From positions 992,001-1,056,000 of the forward strand of contig CAXXKJ010000002.1 in NCBI GenBank assembly GCA_963675295.2: 64,000 nucleotides of DNA, read 5' to 3'. The stretch is from a bacterium. GTDB lineage: Bacteria > Electryoneota > Electryoneia > Electryoneales > Electryoneaceae. The notes beneath the pieces are model-generated. The model saw only the letters and a program-made list of their open reading frames with translations, was not told where the DNA came from and did not search any database. The position numbers were made by a program, and so were the translations under genes. This document shows, in pieces, positions 56,361 to 64,000 of this stretch; the first letter of the stretch is position 1; the number at the start of each line of letters is the position of its first letter.

Positions 56361-58736
56361 CTACTTGACCAGCGTGACTTTTTGCATCCGGCTGATGTGA
56401 CCGGGAATGACCGCCTGAATGAAATACAGACCGTTTGACAGGTGGCTGCCATCCAGCGTGAACTGGTGCACGCCGGCGGGGTAACGCCCGTGCGCCAGCT
56501 GCGCGACCTCCTGCCCCATCAGGTTATACACGTTCACAATGAGCTGGGACGTTTGCGGCAGGCTGACGGAAATACTCGTGGCCGGGTTGAACGGATTCGG
56601 ATACGGAGTTCCGAGGGCAAACTCGGATGGCAATCCGTTGATCTCAGCTTCCGTATCCGCAAGCTCCCACGCAAAATCGCTGCTGCGCCAGTGGATAGGA
56701 TTCCACGGATCGGCAGGTTGAAGTTCCGTTGCTGTGCCGGTCTTGGTGAAGGTGAAACTGTCCTGCAGGCGAATCACATCGGGGAAATTCCCGACTGCGC
56801 CAGCGAAGGTGTAGACGCCGCCCGGAGCGTAAGCCGGAACATCCAGTGTGCGGCCGGTGACAGTCACGTTCATGAACGGTTGATGGGTGAACGTGATCTG
56901 TGACAGCGGCCCGACGAGTTCGTTGCCGGGTGTCCGCACCCAGGTCCAGAAGTCGAGGTTTGGCACGGTGACACCGTACCCACTGACCAGGCTGGCGTCA
57001 TAGACCACTGTTCCGCCGGATGGCGGAATATCACCGGACTGGCTGGTGAGTGTCAGCGTGGCACTCGGACCGGCTTCGCCAACGTGGATCTCGAGATCAT
57101 CCACGCACACTCCGGAATAGGGGATGCTCGGGTCCGAGACCGCCCGCCAACCGAACCAGACCGGCTGGCCAACGTATTGCGCGAGGCTGTAGGAAACGTA
57201 CTCCCACTGTTCTTCCCGGTCGCCGTTGTTGTTGAAACAGGACTGGTTGTCGTTGGAGGTGACACCATCGTCATCCGTATAGCCCTGATCGGGATAGAGC
57301 ACTTCCCAGGTTTCGCCGCCATCAACGGAGATCTGCAGGTTGTACCCGTCGCAACAGGCTTCGAAGCTGTACCAGTGCCAGTAGCTGATGTACGCTTCGG
57401 CGTCTGAAACCAGCCATGACGTGGTCGTGAGCAGCCATTCGTCAATGTTGTTGTCGTATGTCGAATTCAGCGCGAGATCCCATGCATGCGTGCCGGAATA
57501 CGCCTGATCCGGATCCAATGTCGGCTCACCCCAGACCCAGCTGTTGGTGGCGGTGCCCTCGGTGAACAGGAACCCGGGACCGTCCTCGAAGTCGGTGAAG
57601 TAGTCGGTTGTTTGCGGTGGCGGCAACGGGTCCATCTGGAAATTGACCTCGTTCGGTCCCTCGGACAGATCCACCTGCTGCTCCAGTTGGAAATAGCCTG
57701 CCGCGGTCAGGGTAACAAAACCCGGTCCGGCATACAGGCCGGACATGGTGTACTCACCGTTTGCACCGCTCAGGGTTGACACCGAGCCGAACACGAGTTC
57801 CGCCCCGATGATCGGATCGCCAGAGTCCGCATCGGTGACGGTGCCGCTCATGGTCGCATTGGATGCGAGCTGGTTGAAGTCCAACGCCAGGCCGGCGGAT
57901 GGGTAGTCAAAGGGAACGTTGTACAGACTGGCTTCGAGGTAGATTGTCAGGTCATCGTTGACGATACCGAGAGTTTCGGCGTCATCGTTCAACTCGAACC
58001 CATCGTCGAAGTTGTTGTACTGCATCCGGATGACCCCATCCTCGAACAGGATCACCTGGCAGGTCATGGTGGGCGAGGTGGATGCACCGGGGTAATGCAT
58101 CACGTCATGGAACGAGACGACGAACACGTTCTGGTTCTGATAGGTCATCGTTTCGTAATAGATCTGGCCACCGTCAAATTCAGTGCCGAGTTCCGGATCG
58201 AGATCATCCCAGAAAAAGCAGATGCACGCGCCTTCGAGGTCGGAGGCACTTCCCGGCAGCTCTTCGTTGGTGAAGTTCGCATCATCGCCCCAGTCGTCGA
58301 AGCTGATCACGCCGTTGGAATGGATCCAAACCTGGGAACGGTCACCGCCGTAGAACGGGAAGGTGAACCCGATGTCGAACGGTCCGATGTAATCGTCGTC
58401 GCCGATGTCGTACGAGTCGCTGACCTCGGTGCCGCTGGCGGTGATATCGAGCCAGTCGTAGGTTGGCCCGTCCGGCTCATCGCTGTCGATAAAGATGTAG
58501 CCGCGTTGATCCGGTCCGCCGAAATGGTCGATCACCGGTCCGGGCGTCCCATTGTATCCGGCCTGTTTCAGCAGTCTGACCTGATTCGGTGTCAAGTCCA
58601 TTCCGGCCCGATAATCGTTCACAGCCTGATAATACGCTTCCTTCTCCGATTGGTACGTCTGATCCGTTGTTGCGTGCGCAAGGGCCGCCAGTCCAAACAG
58701 GGTGGCCACCAACAGTACCATGCCAACGCGTCTCAT
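56361..58736 (-). CDS. Secreted multidomain protein, paralog of 51046-53343
   Basis: AAGGAG RBS; signal peptide; GGPDQRGY, FFWDDLDP, ISYWHWY..DGYNLQIS; PYPNPFN...QKVTLVK*. Confidence 0.9.
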   Translation of the reverse strand: MRRVGMVLLVATLFGLAALAHATTDQTYQSEKEAYYQAVNDYRAGMDLTPNQVRLLKQAGYNGTPGPVIDHFGGPDQRGYIFIDSDEPDGPTYDWLDITASGTEVSDSYDIGDDDYIGPFDIGFTFPFYGGDRSQVWIHSNGVISFDDWGDDANFTNEELPGSASDLEGACICFFWDDLDPELGTEFDGGQIYYETMTYQNQNVFVVSFHDVMHYPGASTSPTMTCQVILFEDGVIRMQYNNFDDGFELNDDAETLGIVNDDLTIYLEASLYNVPFDYPSAGLALDFNQLASNATMSGTVTDADSGDPIIGAELVFGSVSTLSGANGEYTMSGLYAGPGFVTLTAAGYFQLEQQVDLSEGPNEVNFQMDPLPPPQTTDYFTDFEDGPGFLFTEGTATNSWVWGEPTLDPDQAYSGTHAWDLALNSTYDNNIDEWLLTTTSWLVSDAEAYISYWHWYSFEACCDGYNLQISVDGGETWEVLYPDQGYTDDDGVTSNDNQSCFNNNGDREEQWEYVSYSLAQYVGQPVWFGWRAVSDPSIPYSGVCVDDLEIHVGEAGPSATLTLTSQSGDIPPSGGTVVYDASLVSGYGVTVPNLDFWTWVRTPGNELVGPLSQITFTHQPFMNVTVTGRTLDVPAYAPGGVYTFAGAVGNFPDVIRLQDSFTFTKTGTATELQPADPWNPIHWRSSDFAWELADTEAEINGLPSEFALGTPYPNPFNPATSISVSLPQTSQLIVNVYNLMGQEVAQLAHGRYPAGVHQFTLDGSHLSNGLYFIQAVIPGHISRMQKVTLVK

Positions 58737-59122
58737 CTCACACGCTCCTTGCTGTCCGGCCCTGTATGTTCGGGCCGTGTTCCCCCCGTTCAGGTGCCAC
58801 GGTTTCAGGCACCCGGTTTCCCTGAAGTAGCAACCCGGGAAAAGGTGAATGCGGCTTCGGGGAAATTCGTTTTTTGGTCGTCATTGAGTATACATGTCCC
58901 GCGGGCGAACTACCAGCAATCCGGCTCAAGTGCAAGCCGAAATCCCGGCAGATCATCTCTCCTGCTCTCCTCTGAGATCGTGGGCAGGAGCTGTTGCGCG
59001 TGGTCTCCGCAGGGTGACGCTGGTTGACACGATCCACGCCGCCTCGTTACCATCAGTTTCACCAGTAGATATTGCCTTTCACACGTTGCCGGCGTCGGCG
59101 ACGGTTGCGCGGGAGTAGTGCG

Positions 59123-59638
59123 ATGGAAACGAAGATCAAGGGACGTGTCTGGAAGTACGGCGACGATGTCAACACCGACGTCATTTTCCCCGGGAAGTAC
59201 ACGTACACCGTGAATGATCCGCAGGAGATGGGCGAGCACGCGATGGAAGACCTTGACGCCGAATTCGCGTCGAAGGTGCAGCCGGGCGACGTGATCATCG
59301 CGGGCAAGAACTTCGGTTGCGGCTCCAGCCGTGAACAGGCGGCGGTGTGCCTCAAGGTGAAGGGTGTCGGCGCGATCATCGCCCCGACCTTCAGCCGGAT
59401 TTACTTCCGCAACGGTGTCAACACCGGCCTGCCGCTGATCACCTCGAAGGAGGCGCAGGACATGTTCGAGCACGGTGACGAAATCGAAATCGATTTCGAA
59501 GCGGGTGTGATCCGTGGCGCGAAAGGCGAGCTCAAGTTCCCGCCGTTCAGCGACTTCGTGTTTGGCATCATGGACGCCGGCGGGCTGATCCCGTACACGC
59601 GTGAACGCCTGATCAAGGAAGGCAAGGTGAAGGCGTAG
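59123..59638 (+). CDS. leuD: 3-isopropylmalate dehydratase / homoaconitase-type small subunit
   Basis: GDDVNTDVIFPG, AGKNFGCGSSREQA, FSRIYFRN, AGGL. Substrate specificity is not determinable from sequence alone. Confidence 0.85.
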   Translation: METKIKGRVWKYGDDVNTDVIFPGKYTYTVNDPQEMGEHAMEDLDAEFASKVQPGDVIIAGKNFGCGSSREQAAVCLKVKGVGAIIAPTFSRIYFRNGVNTGLPLITSKEAQDMFEHGDEIEIDFEAGVIRGAKGELKFPPFSDFVFGIMDAGGLIPYTRERLIKEGKVKA

Positions 59639-59673
59639 CGACCCGAGTTTTCACACTTGTAATTCGCACTCAA

Positions 59674-59709
59674 ACGGGACACTTTCGGTGAAAGTGTCCC
59701 GTCTTGTTT
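59674..59709 (+). terminator. Intrinsic terminator
   Basis: ACGGGACACTTTC-GGT-GAAAGTGTCCCGT-CTTGTTT. Confidence 0.75.
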
Positions 59710-59730
59710 CTGGTCAAACGGATGTTTTGC

Positions 59731-60990
59731 ATGAAACGATCCAACATCACTGAAATATCGTTGACACTTGGCAATTGGGGGCGCGCCCCGTTGTCCGTCG
59801 ACGCGCAAAGGCAGGTATTGCGCACGTTGACCAACTGGTCGGCGAAAACGGGTGTGCCGGTCAGTGCCGAGGTTTACGCGCGTCCTGAACCGCAGCTCCC
59901 GTTACTCCGGGAGTGGTCAGAACGCAGTGACGGCCTCACTCTGATTGTGCGCGAAGATCCACGTTCGGACCGGTTCGCGCGTGTCGCGAAAACGGGCGTG
60001 AAACACGTGGTGATCGAGGTGCCGGTATCGCCGCAGACCGGGATCATGCGTTTCCGTCCCAAGGGGCTGGAGATGGCGCCGGGCTTTGCCGCGCAGGCCG
60101 CCCGGGATGCTGTCCTTGCCGACCTGACACCGGGAATCGCGTTGATCGATATCGCGCGCGCGAAGAAGTATGACGTGCTGCTGGTGGTGGACGCCGTGCT
60201 CGAGGCGTTGCGTCCCCATGACGGGCGGGTGCGCTGGCGGCTGGTCGACAGCACCGGCTGGGCCGATCCGGTTGCCGGGTCACGTCTGCCGCGTTCGCTG
60301 GCGGCGTGGGTGCGGCTGCTGGGCAACGAATACGCGATTCCGGCTGAATCGATCGGCGTGCAGTGTGCGGATACGCTCGGCTTTGCGAACGCGAACACGG
60401 TCGCCGCTGCGAAGACTGGCGCGGGTGTGGTGACCTCGTTGCTCGGCCTCGGTATGGGCTGCGGTTGGGGTGCGACGGAGGTCGTGCTGACGCATCTGCT
60501 CGGCGAGAAATCGAACACGAAACGTCTGCTCGGTTTGCAGCCGGTTTTGTTTGCAACGGACTCGGAAACGATCAGTATGCCCCGATTTGCTGGCAAATCG
60601 GGATTAGCAGAAGGTCACAACTACCGTGACGAGTCCCGTCCGGTGTCGGGCGTGCGTGCGTGGCAATTCCCCGGTGGGGCGGCGCCGGAGAAACCGTCGG
60701 ACGAACTGCTCGCGGCGCACTTTCCGGTTCCGCCGAAGACGCTCAGCCGTCACGCGCCGGAACCGTTGCTGACAGCGTTGTCCGGGCACGCCGGCCTGTT
60801 GCACCTGATGCACCGGCACTGGCCGGAGCGTCATTTCGAGACCGAGGACGGGCGCGCGTTGGCGTTGAGCCAGGCGTTCGAGGCGGAATTCGCGGAGGGT
60901 CGTCAGATCCCGGTGTCATGGCGTGAGCTGCTGCCGAAGGTGGAGGCGTCCGGAATTGTCGAGGACACCCCGCCGGATGAGAAGGACTGA
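59731..60990 (+). CDS. Degenerate DRE-TIM metallolyase, Re-citrate synthase-like
   Basis: DIARA, RLVDSTG...LPRS...IPAE, ANT.AA, SLLGLG, SGHAG, EGR...VS..EL are collinear with Re-citrate synthase as I recall it; catalytic motifs are altered. Confidence 0.6.
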   Translation: MKRSNITEISLTLGNWGRAPLSVDAQRQVLRTLTNWSAKTGVPVSAEVYARPEPQLPLLREWSERSDGLTLIVREDPRSDRFARVAKTGVKHVVIEVPVSPQTGIMRFRPKGLEMAPGFAAQAARDAVLADLTPGIALIDIARAKKYDVLLVVDAVLEALRPHDGRVRWRLVDSTGWADPVAGSRLPRSLAAWVRLLGNEYAIPAESIGVQCADTLGFANANTVAAAKTGAGVVTSLLGLGMGCGWGATEVVLTHLLGEKSNTKRLLGLQPVLFATDSETISMPRFAGKSGLAEGHNYRDESRPVSGVRAWQFPGGAAPEKPSDELLAAHFPVPPKTLSRHAPEPLLTALSGHAGLLHLMHRHWPERHFETEDGRALALSQAFEAEFAEGRQIPVSWRELLPKVEASGIVEDTPPDEKD

Positions 60991-61279
60991 CCGAACCACG
61001 GAATACGCGGAAGAAACGGACAAAAAAGACAGAACGGATTGCAAGACAAACACTTGGCGCTTGCACTTAAAGCATGCCTATGAAACATGCCCCTGTGACC
61101 CGCCGGTCAGTTTCGGCGGTTCGCAGAGGTAATCCTTGACGCCAGCTCCGGATGTGTCTCGCCCCGTCTCTCCGAACGCCGAGCGGTTCCTGTGTGGTGG
61201 CGGAAAATGTTTACCCGCCCTATATTTCGAGCCATTCCAGACATGTGAGATTTTTCATCAGAAACGACACGGAGGGAGC

Positions 61280-62029
61280 ATGAACATCGCGGTGCTCGTG
61301 AAACTCGTGCCCGACACCGCCGCCATGATCCGGCTGAATGGAGAAAAGAGCGGGATCGAGACGCGCGACCTGAACTGGGTGCTGAACCCGTACGACGAAT
61401 ACGCCGCTGAAGAGGCGCTGGCGCTCGTCGAGAAGCACGGTGGCGAAGTGACCGCCGTGGCCTGTGGTGGAGATGACCAGGTGGAAGCTCTGCGTAAAGT
61501 CGTCGCCATGGGCGCGAACAACGCGGTGCTCGTCAAGCGGGAAGGCGATTACGATCAGCTCGCGTCGGCCAAGGCGATTGCGAACGCGATCAAGGATCGC
61601 GGTTTCGACCTGATCTTCACCGGGTATCGCACGACGGATGACGACTCGACGGCAATCGGCCCGATGGTCGCGTCGCTACTCGAGCTGCCGTGTGTTGCCG
61701 AGGTGAACAAGCTGGAAGTTGGCGATGGCAGCCTGAAGGCGGAGCGCAACATCGAGGGCGGCAGTGAGGTGCTCGAGGCGTCGATGCCGTGCGTCATCAC
61801 CGCGCAGAAGGGCTTGAATGAGCCTCGCTATCCGAAGCTCAAGGGCATCATGATGGCGAAGAAGAAGCAGATCGAGACGGTGGACGGTGATACCGGCGAC
61901 ATCCGCACGGCGACCACGACGATGGATTACCCGCCGGAGCGCCCGGCCGGGAAGATTGTCGGCGAGGGTGTCGAGGCGGTGCCCGAGCTCGTCCGTCTGC
62001 TGCGTGAAGAAGCCAAGGTCATCGAATAA
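61280..62029 (+). CDS. etfB: Electron transfer flavoprotein beta subunit
   Basis: VKLVPDT, NPYDEYA.EEAL, AMGA, LNEPRYP.LKGIM.AKKK; GGAGG RBS. Confidence 0.95.
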   Translation: MNIAVLVKLVPDTAAMIRLNGEKSGIETRDLNWVLNPYDEYAAEEALALVEKHGGEVTAVACGGDDQVEALRKVVAMGANNAVLVKREGDYDQLASAKAIANAIKDRGFDLIFTGYRTTDDDSTAIGPMVASLLELPCVAEVNKLEVGDGSLKAERNIEGGSEVLEASMPCVITAQKGLNEPRYPKLKGIMMAKKKQIETVDGDTGDIRTATTTMDYPPERPAGKIVGEGVEAVPELVRLLREEAKVIE

Positions 62030-62046
62030 ACCCGGGGAGCAACGCC

Positions 62047-62997
62047 ATGAGTGTACTCGTTTACTGTGAAGTGTCCGGCGGCAGCCTGAAGAAGGCCTCC
62101 CTTGAAGCATTGAGCGAAGGGAAGAAGCTCGCCGGTGCGATGGGTGGCAGCTTGAACGCCGTCGTCGTCGGCTCGGGCCTCGACGCCCACATCGACGCGA
62201 TCAAGAACCACGGCGCGGAGACGATCTACGTCGCCGACAGCGCCGATCATGCCAATTACGTACCGGAAGCGCACCTGACCGCCGTCGCGGACGCCGCGGC
62301 GCAGGCCAGTGCAACGGTATGCCTGATTCCGGCGACCACGCGTGGCCGTGAACTGGCGCCGCGTGTCGCGGTGAAGCTGGACGCCGGTTTGATTGAAGAC
62401 GTCACCGGTTTGACCGGCGAGGGCGGAACCGTCGCGGCGGTACGTCCGGAATACGCCGGCAAGGTGTACCGTTCGGTGAAGGCGAACACGTTGCCGATGG
62501 TCGTCTCAACCCGTCCGAACACGTTCGACGCCGTTGCCGATGCTGGCGCGGGTGCCCGTGTCGACCTCAGCCTGGATTTCTCCGCGAAGGCGAAAGTGGT
62601 TGAGACGCGCAAGGCTGGCGGTGAGAAGATCGATGTCGCCGAAGCCGACCGGATCGTCGGTGGCGGACGCGGTCTGAAGGAACCGGAAAACTTCAAGCTG
62701 GTCGAAGATCTGGCGGAGACGTTGGGCGCGGCAGTCGCGGCCAGCCGTGCGGTGGTCGACTCCGGTTGGCGTCCGCATGCCGAACAGGTGGGTCAGACGG
62801 GTAAGGTCGTCTCGCCGACGCTGTACATCGCCGTCGGCATCTCCGGCGCGATCCAGCACCTCGCGGGCATGACGACATCCAAGACCATCGTCGCGATCAA
62901 CAAGGACAAGGACGCCCCGATCTTCAAGGTCGCGGACTACGGTCTCGTCGGCGACGCGATGGAGATTCTGCCTGCGTTGAATGCAGCGCTGAAGTAA
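62047..62997 (+). CDS. etfA: Electron transfer flavoprotein alpha subunit
   Basis: [48 protein letters not shown]. Confidence 0.97.
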   Translation: MSVLVYCEVSGGSLKKASLEALSEGKKLAGAMGGSLNAVVVGSGLDAHIDAIKNHGAETIYVADSADHANYVPEAHLTAVADAAAQASATVCLIPATTRGRELAPRVAVKLDAGLIEDVTGLTGEGGTVAAVRPEYAGKVYRSVKANTLPMVVSTRPNTFDAVADAGAGARVDLSLDFSAKAKVVETRKAGGEKIDVAEADRIVGGGRGLKEPENFKLVEDLAETLGAAVAASRAVVDSGWRPHAEQVGQTGKVVSPTLYIAVGISGAIQHLAGMTTSKTIVAINKDKDAPIFKVADYGLVGDAMEILPALNAALK

Positions 62998-63060
62998 CGG
63001 CAGTCCACAGTCCACAGTCTGCAGCAAAGGACTGCAGTCGTGAGTCCTGAGTCTCGAGTA

Positions 63061-63096
63061 ACTGCAACGCCCCGGCAACCGCCGGGGCGTTGCAGT
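63061..63096. terminator. Terminator hairpin between convergent genes
   Basis: Perfect 16-bp stem ACTGCAACGCCCCGGC-AACC-GCCGGGGCGTTGCAGT. Confidence 0.75.
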
Positions 63097-63115
63097 CTTC
63101 TAATGAACACTAAGC

Positions 63116-64000
63116 CTAAGCAGTCCACCCCAGTTTGTCCTGAAGTAGAGCTGCCATCGCAACTCGGGATGCATTGCTAAGGTCTTCAGATGAATGACCA
63201 GCGCCGGGTGTCTCGAAATACTGGAAGTAGTCTGAATCTTCAGGGACATCATTCTCGAGCATGCGATCCCTTAACCATCGGCTGTTTTCGACAAAAACAG
63301 TCGGATCTAGCGTACCATGATGAATCTGCAATGGATACGGTCCATCCGGATAGTCCCAAATACGAGCAACCGACTCTTCAATGAACCAGCTTCGAAGCTG
63401 CGCCTTCATTTCTTCTTTGGATAGCTCTGGAGCAGGTCCTTCTGGACAGGAAGTGTGTTCAGGACAAAGATACCACTTCACGCCATTAGATTTGGTGCGG
63501 TTTCTTTGATTCAGACTAATGTCCCTATAAGAGAATACATTCCGAACCACCCAAGAATTCAGACTGGGTTCGTATTTCCTTTGTTTCAACTGGCTCTTCA
63601 GATATCGCTTACTACGACGAACGTTGAAAGGTGCAAATTGGTCCGTACCTCCAAACATGGCGATACTGACTTTCAGGTCGCCGGGTGCACTGTTAGCAAA
63701 CATGATTGGGGCAATATCATACAACATGTTGGCACCCATGCTACCGCCAATGATCCCAACATCCCCATTTACAAGTGGATCCTCCCCTTGACCGTAATGA
63801 TCAAGTATGCCTTTCAATGCTTGTAGAACCGCCATGATTTGAAGGTCGTTGGACGTGTATCCTTCAGGAGGCGATTCTATTGCAGGAGTGAAAAACGTAT
63901 CCCCATCAAAATGATACTGACCAAGAAGATCTTGGCAATCTTCTTCGTATCTGTATCCAAACTGAGTGTCGGTGTAGACGTGTGGAGTAGCAAATCTGTA
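63116..64000 (-). CDS. Alpha/beta hydrolase (S9/esterase-like), 5'-truncated by the window edge
   Basis: Frame stays open from 63835 to 64000 (translated by hand); GGSMG, HGTLDPTV, GAGH triad motifs; AT-richer than its neighbours. Confidence 0.8.
   Translation of the reverse strand, partial: YRFATPHVYTDTQFGYRYEEDCQDLLGQYHFDGDTFFTPAIESPPEGYTSNDLQIMAVLQALKGILDHYGQGEDPLVNGDVGIIGGSMGANMLYDIAPIMFANSAPGDLKVSIAMFGGTDQFAPFNVRRSKRYLKSQLKQRKYEPSLNSWVVRNVFSYRDISLNQRNRTKSNGVKWYLCPEHTSCPEGPAPELSKEEMKAQLRSWFIEESVARIWDYPDGPYPLQIHHGTLDPTVFVENSRWLRDRMLENDVPEDSDYFQYFETPGAGHSSEDLSNASRVAMAALLQDKLGWTA

Noticed and set aside
60995-61130. Loose 9-bp periodic tract and a long hairpin upstream of etfB as an ncRNA (such as 6S)
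   Set aside because: Periodicity is weak and the hairpin is too short for a supportable call without a covariance search.

Overview
A GC-rich (roughly 60% by eye) bacterial chromosomal window, probably from an FCB-superphylum lineage outside the classic Bacteroidota. That assignment is an inference from the many FlgD-Ig/T9SS type-A-like C-terminal sorting domains (CTDs, motif YPNPFN...KxxLxK/R). Housekeeping blocks are cmk-plsC-rpsA-mtaB-M20 peptidase, prfA-prmC, selD, a leuD-like gene and etfB-etfA. They are interleaved with nine CTD-bearing secreted proteins (about 25 kb) and two CTD-less paralogs. No rRNA, tRNA, CRISPR array, transposase or reverse transcriptase was recognised. Main points: (1) selD is a selenoprotein gene with an in-frame UGA and a SECIS-like hairpin that the ORF track misses. 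(2) A Ppx/GppA-Nudix fusion lies beside a REC-HD-GYP gene and a possible stand-alone DHp-like ORF. (3) The secreted cargo shares two domains I cannot name plus a conserved propeptide-like segment ending in (I/L)D-xx-GGPD, and sits near a C25 peptidase lacking the canonical His; this is a candidate secretion/maturation system. (4) A Re-citrate-synthase-like protein that looks catalytically dead lies next to an orphan LeuD. (5) GTGC-footed REP/REPIN-like elements and heptamer tracts fill intergenic junctions. (6) Tandem LVIVD paralogs have AT-rich cores inside GC-rich ends. All family calls come from motif recognition; no database searches were run.
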